From a virus (taxonomy: Duplodnaviria > Caudoviricetes): a stretch of DNA of 61,697 bases. Below the pieces are notes generated by a model. That model ran no database searches. It was not told where the DNA came from and was given only the letters and a program-made list of their open reading frames with translations. The DNA lies in IMG/VR virus record IMGVR_UViG_3300002485_000002, positions 1 to 61,697 of that record, one strand, 5' to 3'. A program made the position numbers and the translations under genes. This document shows, piece by piece, positions 45,675 through 55,248 of this stretch (within the stretch, counting starts at the first letter, position 1; each line of letters begins with the position of its first letter).

Positions 45675-46087
45675 CACTTTTCTCCGCTCCCATAAGTACT
45701 GGTCATACTCCTACCAACCCCCCTTTGCTATTGGTTTTTTTTATATACCTGCGTACAACCAAATGGCTGTAGCGCGGGGGTGTGGGGTACCCCCCAGACA
45801 ATCTGGAGCGACAATGGAGGCCATCCTGAAACTGCCACTACGTTTGTCGTAGCGCAAGGTAGCGGTAGGAGCTGCTTACTACAAGCGTAGTAGAGCAAGG
45901 TGTGGCCGCAGCGACACACTGACCATGCGCGCTGCTCGTGAAACACAATGCCACCAGGCCTGGCACTACGGTTGTAGTACGACAATCGTAGGATTATCAG
46001 CTCAACCCAGGGTAGTACCATGACTCACGGTATGTCTAGTCTCGCAGTACTGCTAGGCACATTTTTGCGCTTACACGCAGTTTTCTG

Positions 46088-46116
46088 TTGACCTCTAGGT
46101 AGAGGTGTGAGACACT
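46088..46116 (+). promoter_or_regulatory. Promoter TTGACC-17-GACACT
   Basis: TGn extended -10; heads the 46149-48483 gene run. Confidence 0.55.
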
Positions 46117-46451
46117 GAGACTGCAAGCGATTAGGAGCGCTTGAGGCGATGAGTGAAGAGCAGACCGAAGCGCAGTTGTATTGGGAGGGGATAGCCTACA
46201 GCGATGCCCGGTCGATACTGTACAGGCTGGCGGTAGCCACTGGCGAAGCCGGCTGGGGCTGCACGATCCTGCAGAACGCCCTTGTACACCTAGGCGACGA
46301 CGGTGACCGTATCGGCGAGAGCTCGGTAGCCGCGTGGTGCGCCAGCGAGTAGTTCGCGGCAGCGCTCGCAGCTAACGGCTTTCGACTGGTAACCCCTGCC
46401 CCGCCACCGGCCCACTGGACACAGCGGGCCGTGGGAGTGACAGGAGGCAAC

Positions 46452-46706
46452 ATGACTATGACGAATCACGAGCTGAGCCAGATTATGACCATCAACGATA
46501 AAGTCTTCTCGCCGCGATCGTTGCCGGCGTGGGCGCGCGAAAGAGTCGAGCACGGAACGCCGGGTCAGTGGGTGCGCCTCACCGGCACAATCTATGCGCG
46601 GTGTACTGCGGACCCGCTCGATCCCGGCAACATGGTCGAGATGGGCTGTACCATGCGAGGTTTTGTGGTCGGCCCCGCATATCTCGAAGGTGCGCCGTGG
46701 GAGTGA
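46452..46706 (+). CDS. Hypothetical protein, tandem paralog of 46719-46934
   Basis: AGGAGG RBS; shared PGQWV..GTIY.R.TADPLDPGNMVEM. Confidence 0.7.
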   Translation: MTMTNHELSQIMTINDKVFSPRSLPAWARERVEHGTPGQWVRLTGTIYARCTADPLDPGNMVEMGCTMRGFVVGPAYLEGAPWE

Positions 46707-46718
46707 TAGGAGCATACC

Positions 46719-46934
46719 ATGATGAATCGTGAACTCGATAGTCTTATGACGATGAACGACACGGTCTTTACGCTGAGCAGCTTTCCTGCATGGGTGCGCG
46801 AGAAGATTGAGCGCGGCGCGCCGGGCCAGTGGGTGCCGTTCCCTGGCACAATCTATGTCCGCCGTACCGCTGACCCCCTCGACCCTGGCAATATGGTTGA
46901 GATGCTGCTCTACGTCACGGAGGTGCAATCGTGA
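46719..46934 (+). CDS. Hypothetical protein, tandem paralog of 46452-46706
   Basis: AGGAG RBS. Confidence 0.7.
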   Translation: MMNRELDSLMTMNDTVFTLSSFPAWVREKIERGAPGQWVPFPGTIYVRRTADPLDPGNMVEMLLYVTEVQS

Positions 46935-47855
46935 CTACCGCAGCTCCTTACAGGCCGTTCAACTATACCTCGCCCGACTGGGCGCCGCTAGAGCGGGCGG
47001 TTGTCCTGGCGGGCCTTCCGCTGAGGCGTTGCGCGGACTACATGTGGATGCATGAAGACCCGCCAGGCGTCCACTATTACAAAAACCGGGCAACACGGCG
47101 GTATCTGCAATTGACGAAGGACACCCCGGAGGACCGCGCTTGTCGGCTTTTACGGGAGGTGCAGCCATGAGCCCCACAATCATACTCAGGTCGAAGGATC
47201 GGCGGTACGACTCCATGCAACATCCGTTTTTCAAGGTCGTGGTGGAGCGAGAGACCGACGTCGCATGGTTCGGCGCGCCTGTTGATAACCCGGCATGTTT
47301 GGCGCTGGAGTGGCCTAAAATCGCGTGGGAAAAAGTGACGAGTTCACTGTACTACGGGAGGCTGCTGTGGCTGCTTTGAACGTTCCCGGCGGTCGTGATG
47401 TGCTGCCGCGTGTAATGCCTTGCTCCAGCCCGTCGCAGCGGGCTGGGCGGAGGGCATGACCATGAGCAAAGTGATGCTACTGCCGAGCATTGATGGTGAT
47501 TTATACTCCCTCGCCGTCATACCGCCGCCGGGCTTCGATGATGATAGCGCCGCTCATTTCGCGGCTCTGAAAATCATCGAACAAGTTCACTCGCAGCAGG
47601 GCGATGAGGAAGGTGAAGGGGCCTGGACCTATGAGGATATCCACAAAGCTTTCGAGGCGGCTGGTTGGGTTGTGCCGCACACAATCCAAGGTCCGCAATG
47701 GGATGAGGCTTAATCCCGCGTCCTGCCCTCCGGCCTCCTAAGCCGCCGCACTATGCCCCGTGCTCGGGTCAGACGGGGCCGCCGGCGCTGGCCTGAGCCG
47801 GAGGGTAGGACGGGCGATTAGGAGCAGCCCTAGAGATCGTGACTGATCGAGCACT

Positions 47856-48281
47856 ATGAAGCCACCTAACTACCATATCCGCGATCTGCCTGAGCCGCCC
47901 TTGCCCGTGGTCTCGACCAAGGCCACCACCAAGCTACTGCGTAAGTTGCAGAAGAGGCGGGGGCGATCACTGACCCCAACAGAAGCCGTCTTCGGGCGCG
48001 GTCGAGGGCGCCCCCCTGGTCGTGGTAAGCGTGTCCGGGCGCGCCCCTGCCCTTACTGTGGGCACCAATTTGGCTCGGCGAAGTGGCGCACCCACGTCAC
48101 TCGCTGTGACCCCAGGGGGCCAGGGCCGTCCGGCCGGCGCAAGCAAGTTGCGATCAGTGCAAGTGCGCCCAAGATCGCGCTCTGCCACTACTGCCAGCAG
48201 CCCTACGGTGCATGGGCGCTCGATCAGCATGAGGTCGTGTGCCCAATGCGCCCAGAGGTACGACAACTAACGGAGGAATAG
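47856..48281 (+). CDS. AT-hook-like plus two C2HC zinc-finger protein
   Basis: RGRGRPP; CPYC...H...C and CHYC...H...C. Confidence 0.6.
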   Translation: MKPPNYHIRDLPEPPLPVVSTKATTKLLRKLQKRRGRSLTPTEAVFGRGRGRPPGRGKRVRARPCPYCGHQFGSAKWRTHVTRCDPRGPGPSGRRKQVAISASAPKIALCHYCQQPYGAWALDQHEVVCPMRPEVRQLTEE

Positions 48282-48420
48282 GCACTTATGCTGATTCTGG
48301 CCCAACTGCTCGCTATCCTCCTGGTATGGATTCTTTGGGGCCAGCGCAGAGCCTAAAAGGTCCGATGAAACCGCTGAAAACATGATCGTACTGATACAGT
48401 TATTGCTGCTCGGGCTGGTA

Positions 48421-49833
48421 CTACTTCTCAGTAGGACCAAGAGGAAACGGCGGCTCCGGCGGTTCCGCTTGCCTTGGACGTGATAGGCTTCTGATCCCCA
48501 GTCCTCCGGCTCGCGGAATATTTGCGGGCAGCGTCCGCAGAAATGCGCCCAAACCACCGCCACTCACTTTATTGAGGGCGATGGCAAGTCGAGCCTGGAT
48601 CTGGGGATTGGTGACGGCAGAGCGCAGAATCTGCGCCCCGATCGCTCCTGTCATTGCCTTTATCGGGTCCCCTGTCATCGCCCAGAAGCCTCCCCCTGCC
48701 AACAACGCCCAGGACGAGATCAGCTGGCGATGACCCTCCGTTTCCATGAACTTGTCGATCGCGTTCCGGAGTTCGATGAGTCCGGCATCCCGTTTGTTGA
48801 GGGCCTTGATCTCTGGATAGAGTAGTTCAAGATCCTGCATCAGCCCCTCCGAAAGTTCCAAGCGGGACTCAACCGAAATCGGCGGCTTGGCCCGTTGGTA
48901 CGGATTCCATGCCTTCTCTCTCATCTGCCGGATCACTTGGTATAGTTGTTTCTTTAGGGCCTGTGCCGCCGGACCGCTCAGTGTTGTATTCGCGGCCAGC
49001 GCACGCAAGTCGTTGAGGCTTAGAGCCGCAGCTTTTTGTGCGGGGATTTGAAACTTGCTGATTCCCCAGTTGCGGAGAAACTTATGCTCCATAGCGTCAA
49101 TCGCAACTTGTTTCTCTGGAATCATTGACCACTTTGTACGAAGACGATTCAACCCGCTGATGGCGTCGCTGAATCGCACGGTTTTGGCTGGACCGCCGGC
49201 AATGATCCCGGCTACCTCAGCTTCCAGCTCCTTGCTGATTTCCTCAGTTATGGCGCGACCTTCGGCGCCGGGAACGATCTCCTCCCGCAGCCCGGTCTTA
49301 ACGATTTTGGCTTGTTCACCGGGCGTTCCCTTGGGTTTTAGGGCGGCCTGATACCATCGTTCAGGGTTGAGAACCTTGCCGATCGCCTTGGTGATTCCTA
49401 GCCCCACCCCTTGGTAAACCGCTTGCTCGGCTCCGGCTAGTCCTACCTCCTTACCGATCATCTTCAGACCCTCGGAAAGCGAAGCCGGAGGAGGAGGCGG
49501 CTCAATCGCCATTTGTGCGGCCTTGCCCGCGCCTCCACCAAGGAAGGCGCCAGGTACGTTTCCAACTGCCCCTCCAATCATGCCGCCAATATACGGCAGG
49601 GCCTCTACCGGATCAAATGAAGGCAGGGGCGGAAGCCCTGTCGGTTGCTTTTCATAACCCGTCGGTGATTGAATGCCGATCGTGGGAGCGCCGTAGCGCT
49701 TTTGCCACTCTTCGACCGAGAGTGGTCCAAGCTCTAATGTCGGAGGAGGGCTAGTCTTGACTGCCCGCTTTGGCTGAGGGACCTTGCCGTATCGGCGTTC
49801 CCATTCTTCGACGCTAATGGGTTGCTGAGGCAT
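48421..49833 (-). CDS. Putative internal virion / ejection protein
   Basis: GG.IGG..G...G...GG.AG glycine zipper; last gene of the tail module. Confidence 0.6.
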   Translation of the reverse strand: MPQQPISVEEWERRYGKVPQPKRAVKTSPPPTLELGPLSVEEWQKRYGAPTIGIQSPTGYEKQPTGLPPLPSFDPVEALPYIGGMIGGAVGNVPGAFLGGGAGKAAQMAIEPPPPPASLSEGLKMIGKEVGLAGAEQAVYQGVGLGITKAIGKVLNPERWYQAALKPKGTPGEQAKIVKTGLREEIVPGAEGRAITEEISKELEAEVAGIIAGGPAKTVRFSDAISGLNRLRTKWSMIPEKQVAIDAMEHKFLRNWGISKFQIPAQKAAALSLNDLRALAANTTLSGPAAQALKKQLYQVIRQMREKAWNPYQRAKPPISVESRLELSEGLMQDLELLYPEIKALNKRDAGLIELRNAIDKFMETEGHRQLISSWALLAGGGFWAMTGDPIKAMTGAIGAQILRSAVTNPQIQARLAIALNKVSGGGLGAFLRTLPANIPRAGGLGIRSLSRPRQAEPPEPPFPLGPTEK

Positions 49834-49837
49834 TTTT

Positions 49838-51670
49838 CTAGCGCGTAAGGGGGATCATCATCCCCCCTCTGTTGATCCAGACACTGCCGTCCTTGGCGGT
49901 TACGGTCAGGTCGCCGGCGTCCTTATCCCAGCCCAATTCCTCCATCGCTTGGAACACGCCAATTACGTCCGAGTTCGGGTCGTTAGGATCGATCTTCTGC
50001 ATCGCACGAGCCGCGGCTCTGCGGCTGGACAAGAACTTGAACAGAATCTCATACCGTTGTAACTTTTCACTGATGACGTTTGGTTCGCCAAGTTGCTCAG
50101 CCAAGAAATCGGTAGCGGTCGGAAGTTGCGCCGCATAGAAGTCTTCTTCACTGCTTCTGGTCGCCATCCCTGAGCGCGCCCGTACAATTACTTCCTTCGC
50201 CTCATTTAGCGCAGCAGCATAGCGGCGGGCCAGAAACGATCCGGGAGTAGCGGCCTTCAGCGGCAAACTTGGGTCCTCTGTCAATAACTGCTTGATCCGT
50301 GCGATGGCCCGTAAGCCGCTGCCCGCATTACCCCACAGTCGTTCTTCTTCCGCGCTGGCTTTACGGGTACCGACAATTACACCAGGACCTGATGGTGTCC
50401 CTGGCCTTCCCGCTGGCTCTCTGCGCGGCATAGTAACGGGCGCAGGTTGTGTGGCTCCCTCGATTCCCGGCGGTGGGGGCGGAATGCGTTCCGCGCGATC
50501 TGTGCCGGCTCCAACCTGTACCGGAGCGCCAAGAACGGGTGTAGTCCGCCGCGTATAGGGGATCATTCGCAGGTTCCCCTCGGCATCCTCCACAATCGCC
50601 ATCGTCTCGGTGACGGTAGGAAGATACCCACGTGGCGGAATCATGTCACGCTGATACCTCATCAACTTGCCGCTCTGGTCGAAGAATCCAAGCGTCCAAC
50701 CCGTTCTTTTGGAATCGATGTCTTGAAAGAACGCCTTTTCTCTTACTACAGATGCCTGGGGATAGGCCCTTACCGGAACGCCGTTCTGATGCAAAACCTT
50801 GTAGGGCGAATCGTCGTCTTTTATGGGATTGCCCATCGCGTCTTCTTGGAGATATTCGAGGAGAGCGCTGCCGGGCACGGTTCCAGCGATTTGCATGGGA
50901 GGGCGTTCACGCGAGAAACTAATCCCAGAAAGCCATGACGCCTGCGTTTCGGGCGAGAGTTTCTTGAACTCAGGCATCGACCGGATTCTCTGTTCCTGGT
51001 CTTGCTTGAGTTTATCCTTGAGACGCCCTTCTGCCTCCGTTTCACTGATTGCCAACGCCGACTTTCGCTTTTGGCTAATTTCCTCCATCTGGGGCTTGGA
51101 TAGGAACCCCGGAATAGAAGGAGAAGGTATCTCCTGCGGCGGAATCGCCATGCGTCCGATGCCTGGAGGCGGGGCAGGCAGCAAGGCCAACCCGCCAGGG
51201 ACCCCGCCCGGCGCTGAAGGCTCAGGGATCGGGGCCTGCGTGAATTGCCTCTGGAAATCCGGCGTAACCTCCGTGGTCAGTCCCGAAGGCGGCATCGGAG
51301 GAAACTGAGGCTGCGCAGCCTGTGTGATCTGCGCTCCCACTGGCATTTCAATTGTCTGCGCCCCGACCTTCATCGGCGGCGGTTGGTAAGGACGCTGCAA
51401 CTGCTCCAGCAACGAGGTGGACTCGATTGCCTGCTCCAGTTCCTTGGCTAGTTTCTTGTGAGTCGGGGTGGACATGATCTGGGCAGCGTTCTGAATGAAC
51501 TGCATTGCAAGATTCGGGTCCGTCACTTGCCCGCTCATGCCCAGTTCCAGGAATAGCTGTGTGGCCCGGTCTCTGCGTTGCTGTTCCTGCTGCATCTCCA
51601 TGAGGTTCTTCTCGCGCATCGCGGAACCGATGCCGGAGATTGCGCCTGCCATGCCTAGGAAGCCGCCCAT
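49838..51670 (-). CDS. Putative internal virion / ejection protein
   Basis: MGGFLG...G.G N-terminus, Q/P-rich; R..SG.A...E motif. Confidence 0.6.
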   Translation of the reverse strand: MGGFLGMAGAISGIGSAMREKNLMEMQQEQQRRDRATQLFLELGMSGQVTDPNLAMQFIQNAAQIMSTPTHKKLAKELEQAIESTSLLEQLQRPYQPPPMKVGAQTIEMPVGAQITQAAQPQFPPMPPSGLTTEVTPDFQRQFTQAPIPEPSAPGGVPGGLALLPAPPPGIGRMAIPPQEIPSPSIPGFLSKPQMEEISQKRKSALAISETEAEGRLKDKLKQDQEQRIRSMPEFKKLSPETQASWLSGISFSRERPPMQIAGTVPGSALLEYLQEDAMGNPIKDDDSPYKVLHQNGVPVRAYPQASVVREKAFFQDIDSKRTGWTLGFFDQSGKLMRYQRDMIPPRGYLPTVTETMAIVEDAEGNLRMIPYTRRTTPVLGAPVQVGAGTDRAERIPPPPPGIEGATQPAPVTMPRREPAGRPGTPSGPGVIVGTRKASAEEERLWGNAGSGLRAIARIKQLLTEDPSLPLKAATPGSFLARRYAAALNEAKEVIVRARSGMATRSSEEDFYAAQLPTATDFLAEQLGEPNVISEKLQRYEILFKFLSSRRAAARAMQKIDPNDPNSDVIGVFQAMEELGWDKDAGDLTVTAKDGSVWINRGGMMIPLTR

Positions 51671-51671
51671 T

Positions 51672-52403
51672 TTATCCGCCGGACTCCCATCCTGCCCCGG
51701 AAGGTAAGCCTACCGTGCCAGAAGTACGCCTACCTCCTTGCGGCCAGATCGTGTTCAAGATGTCCCATATCCCACGACCCGTCTGCGCCCCGATATTGAA
51801 CGCCCCCTGCTGGGCCGCGAGCTGCGGGTACATCGCCTGAATGTTCTGACCACGCCCTTGTTGGAGGAAGTTGAGCGCCCCCATGATGCCCTGCCCTTGC
51901 AACCCGGCAGCCTGTAACCCGATTGGGGCCGCTGTTCCCCCGATCTGGAACAGCGCCTGGGCCGCCGCCGGGCGCGCTCGCCCGATCAGTCCGGCTATCT
52001 CGCTGGCCAGCAGGTTCCGCTGATTGGCCAGGGCCACGTCACGTCCGCCGCCTCGCGGGATAGCCGATTCAGAGGACCGGCGCGCCGCATTGTACTGCTG
52101 CGAGATCAGGTCAATGTCAGGAGCCAGCAGCGAGGAGATGGCTCCCCGGTCGCCCTGGAGGATAGGCAGCCAGAAGTCGCGGGCCGCTTCGAGCGACGGT
52201 ACTCCGATACCGCCCGTCAACTGCTGGTAGGACTGGCCAAGTTGGTCCTGAAGCCAGTTGAGCCAGTCGAGACGCTGAGCCTCCTGGGGCGAGGGCGTAT
52301 AGGGCGGGATGTCCTGGGGTTTCGGCTTAGCGGCGCGGCCCGAGAGCCAGCCCCCCAGGGCGCTGCCGCCAGCCATGATCGCCGGTGCTAACCAAGCGGG
52401 CAT
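51672..52403 (-). CDS. Putative pilot / DNA-transfer (ejection) protein
   Basis: MPAWLAPAIMAGGSALGGWLSG N-terminus; G/A/Q-rich; GGAGGT RBS. Confidence 0.7.
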   Translation of the reverse strand: MPAWLAPAIMAGGSALGGWLSGRAAKPKPQDIPPYTPSPQEAQRLDWLNWLQDQLGQSYQQLTGGIGVPSLEAARDFWLPILQGDRGAISSLLAPDIDLISQQYNAARRSSESAIPRGGGRDVALANQRNLLASEIAGLIGRARPAAAQALFQIGGTAAPIGLQAAGLQGQGIMGALNFLQQGRGQNIQAMYPQLAAQQGAFNIGAQTGRGIWDILNTIWPQGGRRTSGTVGLPSGAGWESGG

Positions 52404-52454
52404 CTTACCTCCATCCTACGCGCTTTACGGCGGCGCGAACAAGTGTTTTTCTCA

Positions 52455-52943
52455 TTAGACTCCTAGTGCCGGGATAGACGGGCAGGGGCCGGGTTGGGTT
52501 GGGGAAGGCGGCTCTGTCAACGCCGGGCACCCACCGCCACAAACCTCCTGCATGGCCTTTTGAAGTTGGTGCGCCCCGAAATCCGACAACCCCCGAGCCG
52601 TAAGACCTCCGCCGGAAGACGAGACGGTTGATGGAATGTCGGCAATCGTCTGCTCGGTGTCTATCATCGTGAGGATGACGCTACTCTCGGTCGGATTCTC
52701 CGGCGGACACGCATCCTGAACCACGCGCTCGAACAACGCCGTCCCCGCCATGTCGTTCGGCTCGTTCATCGCCTGCTCGAAGACGAAGCGACCGAAATCG
52801 GGAAGGCCCCGACTTTGCAAGCCAGCCGAAAAGACCGTCACCGGCACATCGTCGATCAGGCCGTCGTAATAGCGGAGCGTGACCTGCGACGGCGGCCCGT
52901 GAGGGAAGTCGCGCTGGACGTTCTTGATCGTTATGCGATTCAT
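52455..52943 (-). CDS. Hypothetical protein
   Basis: ATGA coupling. Confidence 0.6.
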   Translation of the reverse strand: MNRITIKNVQRDFPHGPPSQVTLRYYDGLIDDVPVTVFSAGLQSRGLPDFGRFVFEQAMNEPNDMAGTALFERVVQDACPPENPTESSVILTMIDTEQTIADIPSTVSSSGGGLTARGLSDFGAHQLQKAMQEVCGGGCPALTEPPSPTQPGPCPSIPALGV

Positions 52944-53803
52944 GGAATCACCACGAACAAACTGGCAAAGGCTTGTCCTCCGGTGCCGGAAGCGGTGATG
53001 CAGAACCAGTTGTGGGCATCGAAGGCATCCACGGTGTCCGCCGGGTAGTCTTTCATAATGACCGCGCCGTCCCAAAGCTGCCCTCGGCACTTGGCCTCGT
53101 CTAAGATTGACGTCAGCCCCCAGTTGATCCGTGCCGGAACCTTGTATGCCTCAAGAGTTGACCAGAGCCTGCCGACTTCCGCTCCTTGTGTAGCAAGGGC
53201 TTGAGTTCGGAAATAAACTAGTAATCGTTGATCACCTTTGTTCCCAGAAGGAAGATCAGACGCCGACCAAGCGTTTCCATTGACAACTTGCCAACGAGCG
53301 CCGCCACCCCGAGCATTACATTGCGTGCGAAAGCTACGTCGAGTCGTCGTATCGGCATCGGTATGCGCATTCCCGTGGGACCAGATGCACTCGGTAATTA
53401 CGGTATCCAGAAACGGCTCAAGATACGGGACGCCGCCACACACAAACTCGCGTGCCGCCGTCGATCCAGCGCGAAGGACAAAAAACTGGTATTTGTTGGC
53501 GATGATCCGGTAGACATACCCGGCGCTGGCCAGTAGAAACAGGTCAATCCCAAGCAGCGTAGCGCCGACATTGCGAAATTGCACGCGGCCACAGTTGCCG
53601 CCGCCGGAGTCGTACAGCCGCACGCGGCACTGAAGATTCTGCGGCGTGAGAGCGCTTTGAAGAATCCAGTCACCGGAGGCTCCGCTGATGGAGGTCCAAC
53701 CGGCAGTCAGTAAGTGCGTTCGGATATTGTCAGCGATCAGGGTACGGGTGTCTGCCGCGAATGTCGTGTTGACGTTGGTTCCGCCCGCGTATTGAAAGGC
53801 CAT
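52940..53803 (-). CDS. Virion structural protein, paralog of 53803-54690
   Basis: MA.QYA.GT..N.TF...DNI...LL.AGWT..SGASGDW; IIAN..QFF; GGVPY; RGQ.WD. Confidence 0.7.
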   Translation of the reverse strand: MAFQYAGGTNVNTTFAADTRTLIADNIRTHLLTAGWTSISGASGDWILQSALTPQNLQCRVRLYDSGGGNCGRVQFRNVGATLLGIDLFLLASAGYVYRIIANKYQFFVLRAGSTAAREFVCGGVPYLEPFLDTVITECIWSHGNAHTDADTTTRRSFRTQCNARGGGARWQVVNGNAWSASDLPSGNKGDQRLLVYFRTQALATQGAEVGRLWSTLEAYKVPARINWGLTSILDEAKCRGQLWDGAVIMKDYPADTVDAFDAHNWFCITASGTGGQAFASLFVVIP

Positions 53804-54690
53804 TATGGTATCACCAAAAAAAGACTAGGCACCGCGAAGTTCCCCTCCACGCCGTGTACGGTCAGGTTGTACCAGTTATGGCTGTCGAACACGAGCGGGT
53901 TGTAATCGGTCGGGTATGCCTGAGTTACGACGACCGCATCCCAAATCTGTCCGCGCTCAACGGCGTCATCGCTCACGCTCACGCCATAACAGAGACGAGC
54001 GGGAATCTTGAAAGCCTCGTCGTTATGCCAAAGATGGCCCGCGTTATCGGTATGCTCGCCGACGCCCCCCGACGACACCTGCCCGGTGGGAACGTCTAGA
54101 CCTTGGCAACGATTATCCCCAAGATTTAGAACCAGATGTGAAGAATCCGAAACCTGCCAGGAATTGCGAAGATTGATCCCTGCGTCCTTTAAGCTACAAG
54201 CTGTTCGGAACGAACTCATCAAGCCGCCGCCGCCGATGGCTTGCCCGTTCCCGTGACACCAAGCAACGTAAGAACCCTGGAACGACTCGACGTATGGCAC
54301 GCCGCCACAGCAAAAGTCATACACGTTCGACGAACCCGGAACCAGCGCGAAGAACTGATGCCTGTTGGCGATGATCCGAAAGGTCTTCGCCGCGAGCGGC
54401 AGTAAAAGCAGATCATCGGAAGGAACTAGCGGCGCTGGCTGAGTCATGGACAAGCCCGTGCGCTGGAACTTCACCCGAGCGTATCCACCGCTGCTGTAAA
54501 GCCGGACATCGACCTGAAGTCCAGCCACGGGCGTCGCGATACAGCGGACTACCCAATCCCCGGAAGCCCCGCTAACCACAGTCCACCCGGCATTGAGAAG
54601 TTGCGCCTTGATGTTGTCAACAATCGCAAGCTCGGTGTCCCCCACGAATGTCGCGTTGATCTTTGTCCCCGCAGCGTACTGGATCGCCAT
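53803..54690 (-). CDS. Virion structural protein, paralog of 52940-53803
   Basis: Same conserved blocks as 52940-53803. Confidence 0.7.
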   Translation of the reverse strand: MAIQYAAGTKINATFVGDTELAIVDNIKAQLLNAGWTVVSGASGDWVVRCIATPVAGLQVDVRLYSSGGYARVKFQRTGLSMTQPAPLVPSDDLLLLPLAAKTFRIIANRHQFFALVPGSSNVYDFCCGGVPYVESFQGSYVAWCHGNGQAIGGGGLMSSFRTACSLKDAGINLRNSWQVSDSSHLVLNLGDNRCQGLDVPTGQVSSGGVGEHTDNAGHLWHNDEAFKIPARLCYGVSVSDDAVERGQIWDAVVVTQAYPTDYNPLVFDSHNWYNLTVHGVEGNFAVPSLFLVIP

Positions 54691-54693
54691 GAG

Positions 54694-55248
54694 CTAGTCC
54701 TCGACCTCCCACACCAGAAGGATCGTCACGCCCTCGCCCTTGACCGTCGATCCAAGTTGGAGGATGTGCCCGCTGAATATGTCAAGCTCCTCCGCTTTCA
54801 GCGGGCTAAAAACAAACTCGGTGAGCTTCACGACCTCGGTAAAGCCCTCCGGAATAGTGAATGAACCGGCGCTAAGGATCGACTCGCCCAGCCGCCGAAC
54901 GTCCAGTATCATCGGCTGTCCCTGCGGGGGCACGGCGGCGAAGGCATAAGCGGCGCGGGCCTTGCCCGCCCGGTGAGTGAATATCTCCCGATGGAGCGCC
55001 GTGACCGGAGCGAACCCGCCGCCGACCGTCAGGTTGAACTCCATCACCTGCCGGCGGGCTTGACGCAGGCTGTAGAGCGCCCGCCATGCCCGCAACTGAC
55101 CCTCAATCGCCTTCTGCGGGTAAAGGATCGGCTGGCCCCGGATCTGCCGCTCCCCGTCAATCGGCAGGCCCGCCTCCGGCAGACCCCATCCGAGCGTCAG
55201 GTTCTCCAGCTCGGGGAACCATTGATCGGGTCTCGTGCGCTCGGCCAT
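54694..55248 (-). CDS. Tail-module hypothetical protein
   Basis: TGATG coupling; C-terminal beta-sandwich pattern. Confidence 0.6.
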   Translation of the reverse strand: MAERTRPDQWFPELENLTLGWGLPEAGLPIDGERQIRGQPILYPQKAIEGQLRAWRALYSLRQARRQVMEFNLTVGGGFAPVTALHREIFTHRAGKARAAYAFAAVPPQGQPMILDVRRLGESILSAGSFTIPEGFTEVVKLTEFVFSPLKAEELDIFSGHILQLGSTVKGEGVTILLVWEVED

